This document shows, piece after piece, positions 39,140-50,999 of a stretch of 64,000 nucleotides of DNA. The notes under the pieces were generated by a model. It did not search any database and was not told the DNA's origin. It worked only from the letters and a program-made list of their open reading frames with translations. Within the stretch, counting starts at the first letter, position 1. Each line of letters starts with the position of its first letter. The DNA lies in NCBI RefSeq assembly GCF_009914755.1, contig NC_060944.1; one strand, written 5' to 3'. Position numbers and translations under genes: made by a program. Source of the DNA: the human T2T-CHM13v2.0 reference genome, Homo sapiens.

Positions 39140-39470
39140 AATCAAATGGACATCTAATCTGTGGCCCAACAATTTTTTTCCTATATTTTATCCAAAAGAA
39201 ATGAAAGACATTCAAGAGAATGGTCAAAGCAGCTTTATTCACAATAGGTCAAAAACTGGAAACAGCCCAGGTGACCCACAACATACTGGGGTTCATCCAT
39301 GTGGTGGAATTCTACCCACTGATGAGAAGGAGCAGCCTGCTAGGGTGTGCAGCCACATGGCTGAGCCTTGAAAACACACGAAGCGGAAGGGGCCTGGCTC
39401 AGCAGTGCAAGTCCACTTATAGGCACCTCTGGAAGAAGCCAAACTAATTGGTGGTTTAAAAATTGTCATG
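39140..39470 (+). mobile_element. Old L1ME-like 3' fragment
   Basis: 'gcagctttattcacaataggtcaaaaactggaaacagcccag'. Confidence 0.7.
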
Positions 39471-39472
39471 GT

Positions 39473-39853
<381 letters not shown>

Positions 39854-40719
39854 CTAATTGTCATGTGATGAATCCAACTGCAAGGCTCTTAAAATACCTC
39901 CCAAATCCTTAAAGAAACGTAAAGTTACATTCAGGATAATCAAAGTGCTGATAAGGATGGTTGAGTGTACTTTAGTCATCTGATACAATTTGTGTAAGAT
40001 TTATGTGGTCACACTCAGGGTGTGCTTGACTGATTGGAATTTCTCGCCCACACTGGATACCAAATGTAGGCTGCCTGAAATCCTTGGGAACAAAGTGCCT
40101 TATTCAAGAATAACAGAATTTTATCATTGACTCCATTGCAATACAACATTTGGCATATGGTATAGCCAACACCATGTTATATTATAGCAGGGTTTTGTTT
40201 TCTTTCTTATGTTGGGTTTTCTAATTAGAAGTGTGCGCATAGTGTGGATAAGCCCAAAGATAGCACACTGGTTTTCAGGAGAGTTTTCTCTGTGTTAAGT
40301 TGGGCCAAGGCAGCTTAGATTCAACATGCCCAGTTCCACACAGGTTACTTGGTTGGGCTGTAATCTTGGTTCTTAAGTTCATCACCTCCAGCCAAGGTGG
40401 ACAGTACAGAGCTCTAGCCCCGAGCATTTGCAGGACAGGTGTTCTGAGCAGGCTGTGTATGACTCGTGATGCTGGTAACTTCACAACTAAGGGCTAGTGA
40501 AAAGGAAAAGATGGAACAAAGGAAGACAGCACAAAAGGGTGCCTACAACTGTGCACCATGGAGAGTTTACATAATGGAAAGAATATTAAAGATACAAACT
40601 GTGATTTAAAGATACGCAAAAATTGTGATGCAGTCTTGAAGAAAGTGAAATTTTAAGACAAGTCTGCCATTGTCTCTCTGTTGTTTTGGCCCCATGTACA
40701 TATATTTCCTCTGTTTTCG

Positions 40720-41620
40720 TTGGTGGTATTGATGCTAGTTGTGTTGATGTTGATGCTGGTGGTATTGATGTTCTTGCTGCTGATGTCAGTAGTGTTGATG
40801 TTGCTGATGTTGGTGCCATTGCTCTTGATGTTGATGCTGATGTAATGGTGTTGATGTTGGTGGTGCCATTGTTGGTGGCGGTGGTGCTGATGCTGGTAGT
40901 GTTGATGTTGGTGGTATTGATGTTGATGGTATTGATGTTGGTGTTGTCAATATTATTGATGCTGGTGGTACTGATGTTGCTGATACTGTTAGTGGTGCTG
41001 ATGTTGGTGGTGCTGATGTAAGTGGTGTCAGTATTGTTGATGTTGGTGGTGTTGATGTTGGTGGTGTCAATATTGTCGATGGTGGTGTTGATGTTGGTGG
41101 TATTGATGTTGCTGATGGTGGTGTCAATATTGTTGATGGTGTTGATGGTGGTGGTGTTGATGTTGGTGGTGTCGATATTGTTAATGTTGGTGGTGTCGAT
41201 ATTGCTGATGTTGTTGGTGTCGATATTGTTGATATTGGTGGTGTTGATATTGTTGATATTGGTGGTGTTGATATTGTTGATATTGGTGGTGTTGATGTTG
41301 CTGATGCTGATGGTGGTGTCAGTATTGTTGATGTTGGTGGTGTTGATGTTGGTGTTGATGTAGGTGGTGTTGATATTGTTGATGTTTGTGATGTTGATGT
41401 TGATGGTGGTGGTGTTGATGTAAGTGGTGTCAATATTGTTGATGTTAGTGGTGTTGATGGTGGTGGTATTGATGTTGCTGATGCTGATGTTGGTGGTGTC
41501 AATATTGTTGATGTTGGTGATGTTGATGTTCTTGATGCTGATGTTGGTGGTGTCATTGTTGATGTTGATGGCGGTACTGATGTTCCTGATGCTGATGATA
41601 GTGATGTTGGTGTTGGCTGG
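40720..41620. repeat. (GAT/GTT/GGT)n low-complexity array with 21-bp subunit (gatattgttgatattggtggtgtt-like)
   Basis: Directly visible; strongly G/T-biased on +. Confidence 0.92.
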
Positions 41621-41669
41621 CCTCTCTGCAAGTTTGTTTTCCTGATGAAGACTCAGATAGATGGTGGCA

Positions 41670-41990
41670 TGCTTTGTGTCAGGCGTGATTTGGACTGGCA
41701 ATGCCGTGGTGAAAATATCAGATGAGATGTCTGCTTTCATGGAGCTCACAGTCTGGGGTGGGGGCCAGGCATATAATGAACAAGTCCATGTACAATGACA
41801 ATATCAGGAAGCAAGAAGTGCCATGTACAGAATCAAAATATTAAATATTGAAAGATAGTATAGAACATTTGGGGAAGGGCTACTTTAAATAGTATTGTCA
41901 GAGAAGACCACTTTGGGGAGTCCACAGTTAAGCCAAAACCTGGATGGCAAGTTGAAGCAGCCATGAAAGATGAGGGATGAGCCAAGTTGG
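41670..41990 (-). mobile_element. L2 fragment
   Basis: 'gtctgctttcatggagctcacagtctgggg', 'gtcagagaagaccactttgggg'. Confidence 0.65.
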
Positions 41991-42300
41991 CAGTGGAGGT
42001 GGATGGAGAATCATTTTCAGCTTTGAGCTGTCGTGCCTGTCAGCCTGGGATGGTCAACCAGGGCTTGGGATTTGCCCATGGTAGAGAAGTAGGTGGAGCC
42101 CAGTAGGTTTGAATGAAGTACGTAAATTAGACTCTAATAAAGTCACTCAAACCCATTTAATTTTAGCTCAGGAATTTTCCTGGAAATTGACCAAAGTGGA
42201 CTTTTCTATCTCTTGACTGTTTTCCAGGAGACGCAGAATACAGGCCTGTGTCAGTGCTGTAGCCCACACTCGCTGTGGGCCTTTCCGGAGTTCCATTGTC

Positions 42301-42390
42301 TGTGAAGTATGCTATGCCCTGCTTAGCCTAGAGATTTGTTTCCATCATATGTGAAGCGTGCTATGCCCTGCTTGGCCTAGAGATCTGTTT
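42301..42390. repeat. Diverged tandem duplication, period 49 bp
   Basis: tgtgaagtatgctatgccctgcttagcctagagatttgttt vs tgtgaagcgtgctatgccctgcttggcctagagatctgttt. Confidence 0.9.
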
Positions 42391-43999
42391 GGCTTCTCCT
42401 GGACAATGCCCACAAGTAACCTTTTAGTTCTCTGAGTTTTTTGCTTCTTACAGAGCAGTCTTCCCCTCTGCAGGTCATCACCTCTGTTGCCCCATAAAAA
42501 TAAGTTGTTAGGAAACAAGCTGGAAAGTGGGTGCTGATGCGCTGCCTTAGGCAATGCCTCTACGGCTACAACCCGTGTGCCATTCCGGCTCTTCTCCTTC
42601 ACAATGGCTGGTGGCTGCCAGTGAGATAAAATGGCAGCCTGTCGCTTTGTGCCTCCCTGCAGGAGACAGGTTCCCAGGGGGATATCCGCTGCACACAGGG
42701 TAGATTCCCACTCCATCTTGGGGCTAGTGGTCTTGTCTGGTTTAGTCTTCCTTCCTCTCCCCTCCTCTCATGCCTCCCTAGCCAGTCTTCTTGGATGGTA
42801 ATGCAGGTCAGAGTCATGATAAACTTTCACTCCCAACCCTCTAGGGTGACCCCCTCCAGAAAGAGAGCAGACCCAGTGTGGATTCCGCTACAGGTGGCCC
42901 CCACCCCAGTCCTGGGAGAACAGTGGCCCGTACAAATTGCCATGGAGGCAGGTGGATGCCCCTCAGAGCCTGGCCCATGGTCCTCAGTGTCCCCCACAAA
43001 CCTCCCCCTGAAGCAAGACCTGAACACTCTGGAGCGGACTCTCCAGGTCTGTGTTGTTGTGACAGCTCAGCAGCCACACTGCCAGACAAAGAGCAGGCTG
43101 GGGAGAAAATGGCCGTCTGACTGCTGCTCATCACACACAACTCCAGGAGCAGGTGGAGACAGGAGCGCTCAGTGGGGCCGAGCCGGGCTGGGTGTGAGCC
43201 CCTGCAAGTTCTGGAGGCTGGGTCCCAGGTTCTGACTTAAAATCACGGCTGCTGTTCATCCTCAAACTCGAGAGAAGTTTGGTGTCAAATGTTGCCTTCA
43301 TCCTCCTTTCTCTAAACTCAATAAGGAGACCCCCACCTCTGCTCGTGCATACTGTGCAAATCGCTGAAATCTATCAACTTGAATAGACTTAGAAAATCAT
43401 ATGCTGCTATGAAAGAAACCCATAAATGAATCTTTATATTTGAAGTTTTTTCATTTAACAAATGCATTGTTATCCATTATCCTTTCAGTACTTAACAAAC
43501 AACTCATAATGAAATACAGAAGGGCTCAATTGGAAGGCTTTTCTTTTTCTCTCCAAAATAGCTATTTCCTTGCAGGTAGTAATTTTGTTTCAAGAAGAGC
43601 GATGTTTAGCACCAGGCTTTTTAATAAAATATGTGTGAGAGAATAATTCTTCTAAAACATTCTGTATCTACAAAAATCTATATGTGAGAGAACTTGAATT
43701 ATTCTCTAATAGATTTTATTACATAGCAGTTAAGAATTTCTCTAAGAGACATCTAGTCAAAGGCATCAATTTTGGATAACAAAGCATTGGAGAGAAAGGG
43801 ACTTATTGAAAACTGGCGTTATTTGCTATTTTGTGAATTCTTTATCTGTTTCTCTAGCTATCATTTTCTCCTGGAAGGTGGAGCATCTGAGGCTGTGATT
43901 GAGTGTGGTAGCGCCTCGTGCATGCCTATTGTGATCAGCTGCAAATGACTGAGCTGACATTCATTCGCCCAACCTGCACTCTTTGGCGTGGGCCCTCCG

Positions 44000-44110
44000 C
44001 CAGATGCCATGCCCTGCACTGGGGAAACTGAGGCTGGAAGAGGACTATCCACAGGGAGCCACCTTGCATGGTGGGAGTAACAGGGGCTGAGTTCAAGGTT
44101 CAGGGGCCCA
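44000..44110 (-). mobile_element. MIR fragment
   Basis: 'actggggaaactgaggctggaagagg'. Confidence 0.55.
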
Positions 44111-44603
44111 TGGCAGGGGCAGGAGAACAAGGGCAGGGCCCCCAAACAGCTGTTTTAATAAATTAACATGATCCTGTAGGAGCCGATGCTATTTGTTGAG
44201 GTATGAGGACCAGAAGGCGGCGGTGGCCTCGTCCGTTTCATTCAGGACTTAATGTTGAGTCTGTGATGTGTCAGGCATGGTTCTGGACCTAGACCTTCAA
44301 CCAGGAGAAACATGTCCCAGGCCCTGGAGCTCAGGCACCTGAGGGGGAGCCGAACACGACGTTCCCCTCGTTAACTACAGCACAGCCTACGAACCCCCAG
44401 GAGGAGCTGTGGGAGGGAGTCCAGCCACATGGAGCCTGGAACCCCTCCCCCCGCCGCCAGCCCCCCGCTTATCCTGAGAGGTCGCCCAAGGCTTCCTTGG
44501 TGGTAGCAGCTGTGCTGCAGGGCAGCCCGGGACTGCCCAGCAGGGGAGGAGGCAGGAAACAGATGAGGCTCTGAGGTGGGAATGGCCACTTAAGAAACTG
44601 AGA

Positions 44604-44657
44604 CTGCAGCCTGGGCGACAGAGCAAGACCTTGTCTCAGAAAAAGAAAGAAAGAAGG
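44604..44657 (+). mobile_element. Alu 3'-end fragment with (GAAA) tail
   Basis: cagcctgggcgacagagcaagaccttgtctc plus tail. Confidence 0.85.
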
Positions 44658-44674
44658 TAAGAGAGTCCTGGGCA

Positions 44675-44977
44675 GGCCGGGCACTGTGGCTCATGCCTAT
44701 AATCCCAGCACTTTGGGAGGCTGAGGCAGGTGGATCCCCTAAGGTCAGGAGTTCAAGACCACCCTGGCCAACATGGTGAAACCCCATCTCTACTAAAAAT
44801 ATAAAAATTAGCTGGGCATGGTTGCAAGCACTTGTAATCCCAGCTACTCGGGAGGCTGAGACAGGAGAATCATTTGAACTCAGGTGGTGGAGGTTGTGGT
44901 GAGCTGAGATAGTGCCACTGCACTCCAGCCTGGGCAACAGAGTGAGACTCCATCTCAAAAAAAAAAAAAAAAAAAAA
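44675..44977 (+). mobile_element. AluSx-like
   Basis: Full dimer with tail of about 21 A; approximate TSD agagtc. Confidence 0.93.
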
Positions 44978-45171
44978 GAGTCTAGTGCAGCAAGCCAGGG
45001 ACACACAGCAGGAGAGAGGAAGGGAAGGTCCAGGTGCCGTGCCATGCAAGGGAAAGCTCCTCGAACATTTTTTTCTCTAGGTATTTCATTATGAAAATTT
45101 TCATACTTACAGAAAATCTGAGGGAATTGAACAACGGACATCTATATACCCACTGTCTAGATTTTATAATT

Positions 45172-45469
45172 GGCCAGCCACAGTGGCTCACTCTTGTAAT
45201 CCCAGCACTTTGGGAGGCTGAGGCAGAAGGATCACTTAAGGCCAGGAGTTTGAGACCAGTCTGGGCAACACAGTGAGACCCTGTCTGTACAAAAAAAAAT
45301 TAAAAATTAGCTGGGCATGGTGGTGTGTGCCTGTATTCCCAGGTATTCAGGATGCTGAGGCAGGAGGATCACTTGAACCAGGAGGAAGTTGAGGCTGCAG
45401 TGAGCCGATCACGCCACTGCACTCCAGCCTGGGCAACAGAGCAATACCCTGTCTCAAAAAAAAAAAAAA
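45172..45469 (+). mobile_element. AluJ
   Basis: Full dimer, J diagnostics 'aggatcactt', 'gaggctgcagtgagc'. Confidence 0.9.
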
Positions 45470-45479
45470 TCTAAAATTC

Positions 45480-46490
45480 ACATGTTCCTGTGTTTCCTTC
45501 ATCCCATATCTATCCTCTGCCCATCCCTGTATCCATTTTACTTTTCAATGCGTTTCAAGATAAAAGTGCAGACGTCAGTATACTTCACACCTAAACACTT
45601 CTGTGTGTATCTCAGTAGTGTTCAATATTCATTTACATTAATGAAGCAACATTTCCTAGAGAAAAAGCCATCCATTTTAGGCACGCATTCCCTCAGCTTT
45701 GACAAATGCTTACATTTGGGTGACCAAGACTCCAATCAAGATGCAGAACATCATTCTAGAAAGTTCTCATATCCTTGTTCAGTCAGCCCCTCCTCTGGCC
45801 CTAGAGCAGCCACTGCTGTGATTTCTTCACTATGGTTTTGCCTGTGCTGTGTTCTTTGGATGTGCTGTAGGCTTGGTTTGATGTTGGCTCTGCTTCTTCC
45901 AATGAAAATACTGCATGCAGCTTGGGCTATGATGGGTGAAGCTGCTGAGAACATTCTTGTGCAAATCTTGTTGTGGGCAGGTGTTTTTTTTTGTTTGTTT
46001 TGGGGATTGATTTTTTTTTTTTTTTTTTGCTTTTTGTTTTTTCCTGGTGAAACATCTTGCCTTAAGTCTCTCTTATCCAATGTTAATATCAGCCGTGAAT
46101 AAGCCTCTTACGTTCACCATTGGCATGGTATTTTTCATATTTTGACTCTCCACCTGTCTGTGTACTCACAGTGTGTGTCTTGTGAACAGCATGTCTTTGA
46201 ACCTTGATTTTTTTCCCCATCCTTTCTGACAACCCTTGCCTTGTAACAGGATTCCTGATACTTTCTGGTATGTTACTGGTGGGGGTGGAGTCGGGTCTAA
46301 CACTTGTATTTGTGTTTTTGTTTGCTCTGCTCTGTTTGTGATGTCTCTTTTCCTGCTTCTCTCCTTTCTTGTGTTAATTAATTTGTTTTAGAATTCTATG
46401 TTAATTTAGCTATAGGATTTTTAGCTCTACCTCTCTGCACTATGTTTCAGGGGTTGCTCTAGGGATTACAATATACATCACAGGCTACTG
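45480..46490 (-). mobile_element. Degraded old L1M fragments
   Basis: 'gctgctgagaacattcttgtgcaaatcttg' and 'gggttgctctagggattacaatatacatc'. Confidence 0.6.
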
Positions 46491-46534
46491 AAAGATTTGG
46501 GGTTTTTTGTTGTTGTTAAAAAAAGAAAAACGAA

Positions 46535-47273
46535 AAAATGCAAATCAAAACCACAATGAGATACCATCTCACACCAGTTAGAATGGCGATCATTAAAAAG
46601 TCAGGAAACAGCAGGTGCTGGAGAGGATGTGGAGAAATAGGAACACTTTTACACTGTTGGTGGGACTGTAAACTAGTTCAACCATTGTGGAAGACAGTGT
46701 GGCGATTCCTCAAGGATCTAGAACTAGAAATACCATTTGACCCAGCCATCCTATTACTGGGTATATACCCAAAGGACTGTAAATCATGCTGCTATAAAGA
46801 CACATGCACACGTAGGTTTATTGCAGCACTATTCACAATAGCAAGGACTTGGAACCATCCCAAATGTCCATCAGTGATAGACTGGACTAAGAAAATATGG
46901 CACATATATACCATGGAATACTATTCAGCCATAAAAAAGGATGCGTTCATGTCCTTTGTAGGGACATGGATGAAGCTGGAAACCATCATTCTCAGCAAAC
47001 TATTGCAAGGACAAAAAACCAAACACCGCATGTTCTCACTCATAGGTGGGAATTAAACAATGAGAACACATGGACACAGGAAGGGGAACATCACACACAG
47101 GGGCCTGTCATGGGGTGGGGGGAGGGGGGAGGGATAGCATTAGGAGATATACCTAATGTAAATGACGAGTTAATGGGTGCAGCACACCAACATGGCACAT
47201 GTATACATATGTAACTAACCTGCACGTTGTGCTCATGTACCCTAGAACTTAAAGTATAATAATAAAAAAAAAA
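46535..47273 (+). mobile_element. 5'-truncated L1PA (about PA5) 3' end
   Basis: Open 172-aa ORF2p C-terminus ([57 protein letters not shown]), G-rich 3'UTR, A tail. Confidence 0.96.
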
Positions 47274-47713
47274 GGCCACAGCTTGTGAAGACCAGATCGG
47301 ATGGGCAAATAAACACACAAGACCAGTGAGGTGTTCCCACCGGTTGGCCGGTTGATTTTCCAGTTAATTGAAAAAGGAGTTTCAGAATGTTCTAGCTCAG
47401 ATGACCACAGTGTACACTGAAACTCTTCCTGCCATGGAACTGTATTGATAGTGTAATCGATAATGCTATACACACTCAGATCAGAGACAAACAGCTCCGA
47501 CTTCCGGTGACACCTTTGAGAATTGTCTACTCACTGCTGAATTTTTAAAAATCCACTCTTAATATAAAAATAACATGGAATTTGAAGAGGAACCTCCAGG
47601 ATCACATAGTGACCCTCCTTTCCTGTTACAATCTGCAGGTGAACCTCACAGGGCCACAGGAGGACCTCCCAAAAAACACACGTAGTTTAACCAGGATCTC
47701 CAGAATCTCTGTC

Positions 47714-47897
47714 CAGGGTGGTCTAATCTTTTGTCTTCCCTGGGCCACATTGGAAGAGGAATTGTCTTGGGTCACACATAAAATACACTAAAGATAGCTG
47801 ATAAGCTAAAAGAAAATCGCAAAAAAAAATCTCATAACGTTTTAAGAAAGGTTACAAATTTGTGTTGGGTCACATTCGAAGCCGTCCTGGGCCGCAA
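47714..47897 (+). mobile_element. MER30 (hAT-Charlie), 3'-truncated
   Basis: 'tctaatcttttgtcttccctgggccacattggaagaggaattgtcttgggtcacacataaaatacactaa'. Confidence 0.85.
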
Positions 47898-48339
47898 GTG
47901 CTCTGAGGACCTCAGGTGGGATGAGTTTGCCCTAGCCCTTTACTCCAGCTGTCTTCTGTAAAGGACGAGGGAACCTAGCATTCAGCCCCAGCTTCTCTCC
48001 TCGGAATGAGTCTCCTTCCAGTAGAGGATAGAACCCCACGTGTCCTGAGCCTTGAGTAGGAGATGGGGGCGTATTGTGACTTGCCGGGAGCATGGCCTCC
48101 AGGCTGCATGGCGGGGGCAGGTTTCCATGCTTACGGTGGTCCTCACTGCTCATGGAAAGGAGCTTCGGACACCCAGGTCCCTCCTGAGCCTCCCTGCACT
48201 GTGGCTGTGGAGGTCAGGCTGCCTGTGGTTGTGTTTTCGTAGCTCCTGGAGCCCTGGTTGCGGAAGCCAGTAGGCACCTTTGCCCACTCATCCTCAGCGT
48301 CAGGCAGTCAGGAGCATCTGGGTTGGGGGCACAGCCCCG

Positions 48340-48500
48340 GACCTTCATGCTGCTCACTCTGGCCAGGTACTTTCATCCCCTATGCCTCAGTTTCGCCACC
48401 TAGAAGGATAGCAGTGCCTCTTGCTCTGCCCTGTTAAAGGTTATGCGGGACTGGGGTGCAGGTGTGCCTGGTTCAGAACAAGGATTCGATGAACGGCAGC
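48340..48500 (+). mobile_element. MIR fragment
   Basis: 'cccctatgcctcagtttcgccacctag'. Confidence 0.55.
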
Positions 48501-50841
48501 TGTGACTTCATTCTCAGCGCCTCCTTTCTACCCTGCTTTAAAGAAGGCAAGTGTGAGTGTGCTAGGGGGGCTTAGGGTTGTTTGTGGGCCACTTCTTTAT
48601 CTAACTGGGCCCTGATGCTTCAGACAGTGTCCCTGAGGTCACACAGGGAGGAGGGCTCCAAGCCAGAATTTAGACCTCAGCCTGCAGACACAGGACAGAT
48701 CCCAGCCCACAAACGCAGGCCAGTGCCACCTGCCATCCCATGAGGGCAGGAACACGGGGGTGTCAACCTTGAGCTCCTCACCTCTGTGCTGAGCAGACAC
48801 CAGGAACAGGGCTTATGAGCAAGGCTTTGGGGACGATGAGGAGACCCTGAATTCATCTGCACCTTGAGCCGGATACCTCTGAGTGCTCCTGCACTCCCCC
48901 AGCCTGTACCATGGAACCTTGTTTTCTCCCCTCCAGATGTGGGCATCGATTCTGTCTGTGGCAGGGGTGGTTGGAAGGGTCAGTGGCACCATTATGCAAA
49001 GCACCCAGGAGGCACGGGCGCAGCTTACATGTCCCTGAGTCATGCGCTAGGCCATGAGAACTATTATTATTAGTTTTATGACTCTTGTTGCTATGACAAC
49101 AGCGCTGGGTGTGAGGGCTGTCACTTCCCTGTCGGAATCACTGTGGCATCCTCAGCCAGGAGGAGGAGGCCCAGCCGAATGGAGCAGGGCGTCCCCTGGC
49201 CTCGGGATGGTCCCGTGTGTCAGTAACATGTTCATACTACTGTTGTGTTTGTCAAATAATGGAAGTATCATCATAAGCTGCACTGGGAAATGGAAATTAA
49301 ATTTTTCAGAGGATGCACGGTGCTGATAAAGGATGGGCACCAAGGCAGCCACGTGCACAATGATCACCAATTATAAAGCCATTGCTCACTCGCGTTCGGA
49401 ATTGCAGCGTGAATTAAGATGCTTGTTTGGGAACAGAGTCCCCAGTAGTTGCTCATTACAATTCCACATCACGGGCGTGGAGAGGGAGAGAAACAAAATG
49501 CAGTGTCTTTCCACCTGGGTGGCTGCCTGTGCCGACTCTGGGTCCTGTCTCAGGCCCTGCAGCTCACTGCAAAGAGACTTGAGTAACCAGGTATATTTGT
49601 TGTGCTGGGAAAACACAGAAGGAAGGGAATGTCTGCATTCTGCAATGTGTGCTCTTTCCTCTCAAGACACAGAGAGGAAAAGACCTCTGAGAGGCACAGA
49701 CACCTGCGTATCATAAGAAGGTAGGGCTGTGTGACTGATGGGAAGAGGAACTGTCTCTGCAGCATTAGGCAGAGGCATTTTCTGTGCATGTTAATATTTA
49801 GTCTTTATAAATCCTGTTTCCTTCATATCGTTGGCGTGTCAAGTACTTGACGTATAGCCTCACAGCCCATCCAGAATGAGCCTTGAGGTTGAACTGGCAC
49901 TGGGACATCCAGCCCCCAGTGCAGGCATGCCCTCAGGCCCACGCAGCCGCTCTTGATGTGGAGGCAGGAAATGGAAACTCTTCAAATTCCTGAGCACTCA
50001 GCTCTCTTTGCAGCATTGTGCTAAGCATATCTCTCCTTGACATCGTGTCATTCCTGTGTCCACAGCAGGCAGGCCCTTGGGAATGGCTCTGGTGAAATGG
50101 GGAGGAGAGAACTTTCTTCTCCGACAGACGGTTCATGATTTCCAAGGTCTTCTCTGGTTAAGACCAGAAACATGTTTCTGTAGAGCCCAAAACAGGCCAC
50201 ATCCGCTCCTGCTCTGAGCTACAATAGACTCAGGCTGGGGGAGGTGGCGCTGCCATCCGCCATCTCCAGTCTCCTTATCTGATGTTTAGAGCTTCATAGT
50301 TTAAATGGCAATCATTCCTTGAAGCCTGCAGCCTGCGATAATACAGCTAATACATTATTGCCTCTGGCTTCCGTGCAGAACAGCGGTTAGAGACGGGTGG
50401 AAAGAGAGAGCATTGGGGTGACTGAGACAAATGGAGTGTGGCCTGCTTGGGAAATGCTGAAAAGTGTTGGTGTTTACCTGGCTACGTACTTGGCCACGGA
50501 GAGTCCAGGTGGGAAGAATTTATTAGGTGAGCGATGTAGCTGGAACGAGGCCTGGCTGAGATTCAGGAGACGGCTGCTGCCGTCTCTGCCCCCTCATCCT
50601 TGCTGAATCTCAGAACCTTTGGGCCTGCATCTCTGCGGCCCGGAGACGCTGACTCCAGTTGCCTAACAGAGCTGTGGTGAGACTCAAAGGCCACACAGAA
50701 GCAGCGTGTTCCGGAAAGCATGCCGTGCCCTGTGAACTAGAAGAGGGTACTGGAATACTAGCTATCTTCACAAGCACCACCCCGCCACTGCCTCCACCAT
50801 TCGTTAGGGAGCCACTCATTATGGGACGGACCACCAGACGC

Positions 50842-50881
50842 GACTAATGAAACTTTTCTGTTCTCTCCTTTCTAGGTAAGT
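50842..50881 (+). other. Candidate recursive splice site (branch point, polypyrimidine tract, AG|GTAAGT)
   Basis: gactaatgaaacttttctgttctctcctttctag|gtaagt; branch A at 50847 (-29), no intervening AG. Confidence 0.7.
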
Positions 50882-50999
50882 GATTCCGGTGCTAACGCTG
50901 GACACGTGTGTCCTTGTATATACCTGTTGCGCCTGCGAGAACATGTTCTCCACTCCCCCAGCTCCTCTGAGGAATGCCTGAGTGAGGACCCCGTGTAAA
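50876..50999 (+). other. Candidate 124-nt cryptic/RS poison exon
   Basis: Bounded by the strong acceptor at 50875 and donor AAA|GTAAGA at 51000; stop codons in all 3 frames. Confidence 0.55.

Noticed and set aside
43540-43582. Long pyrimidine tract then cag|gtagta
   Set aside because: Competing upstream TAG and poor donor consensus
44590-45141. 183-aa ORF and similar ORFs at 3181, 22788/22891, 39533
   Set aside because: Antisense Alu translations ([12 protein letters not shown]...)
46538-47056. 172-aa ORF
   Set aside because: C-terminus of L1 ORF2p in a truncated copy; not a host gene
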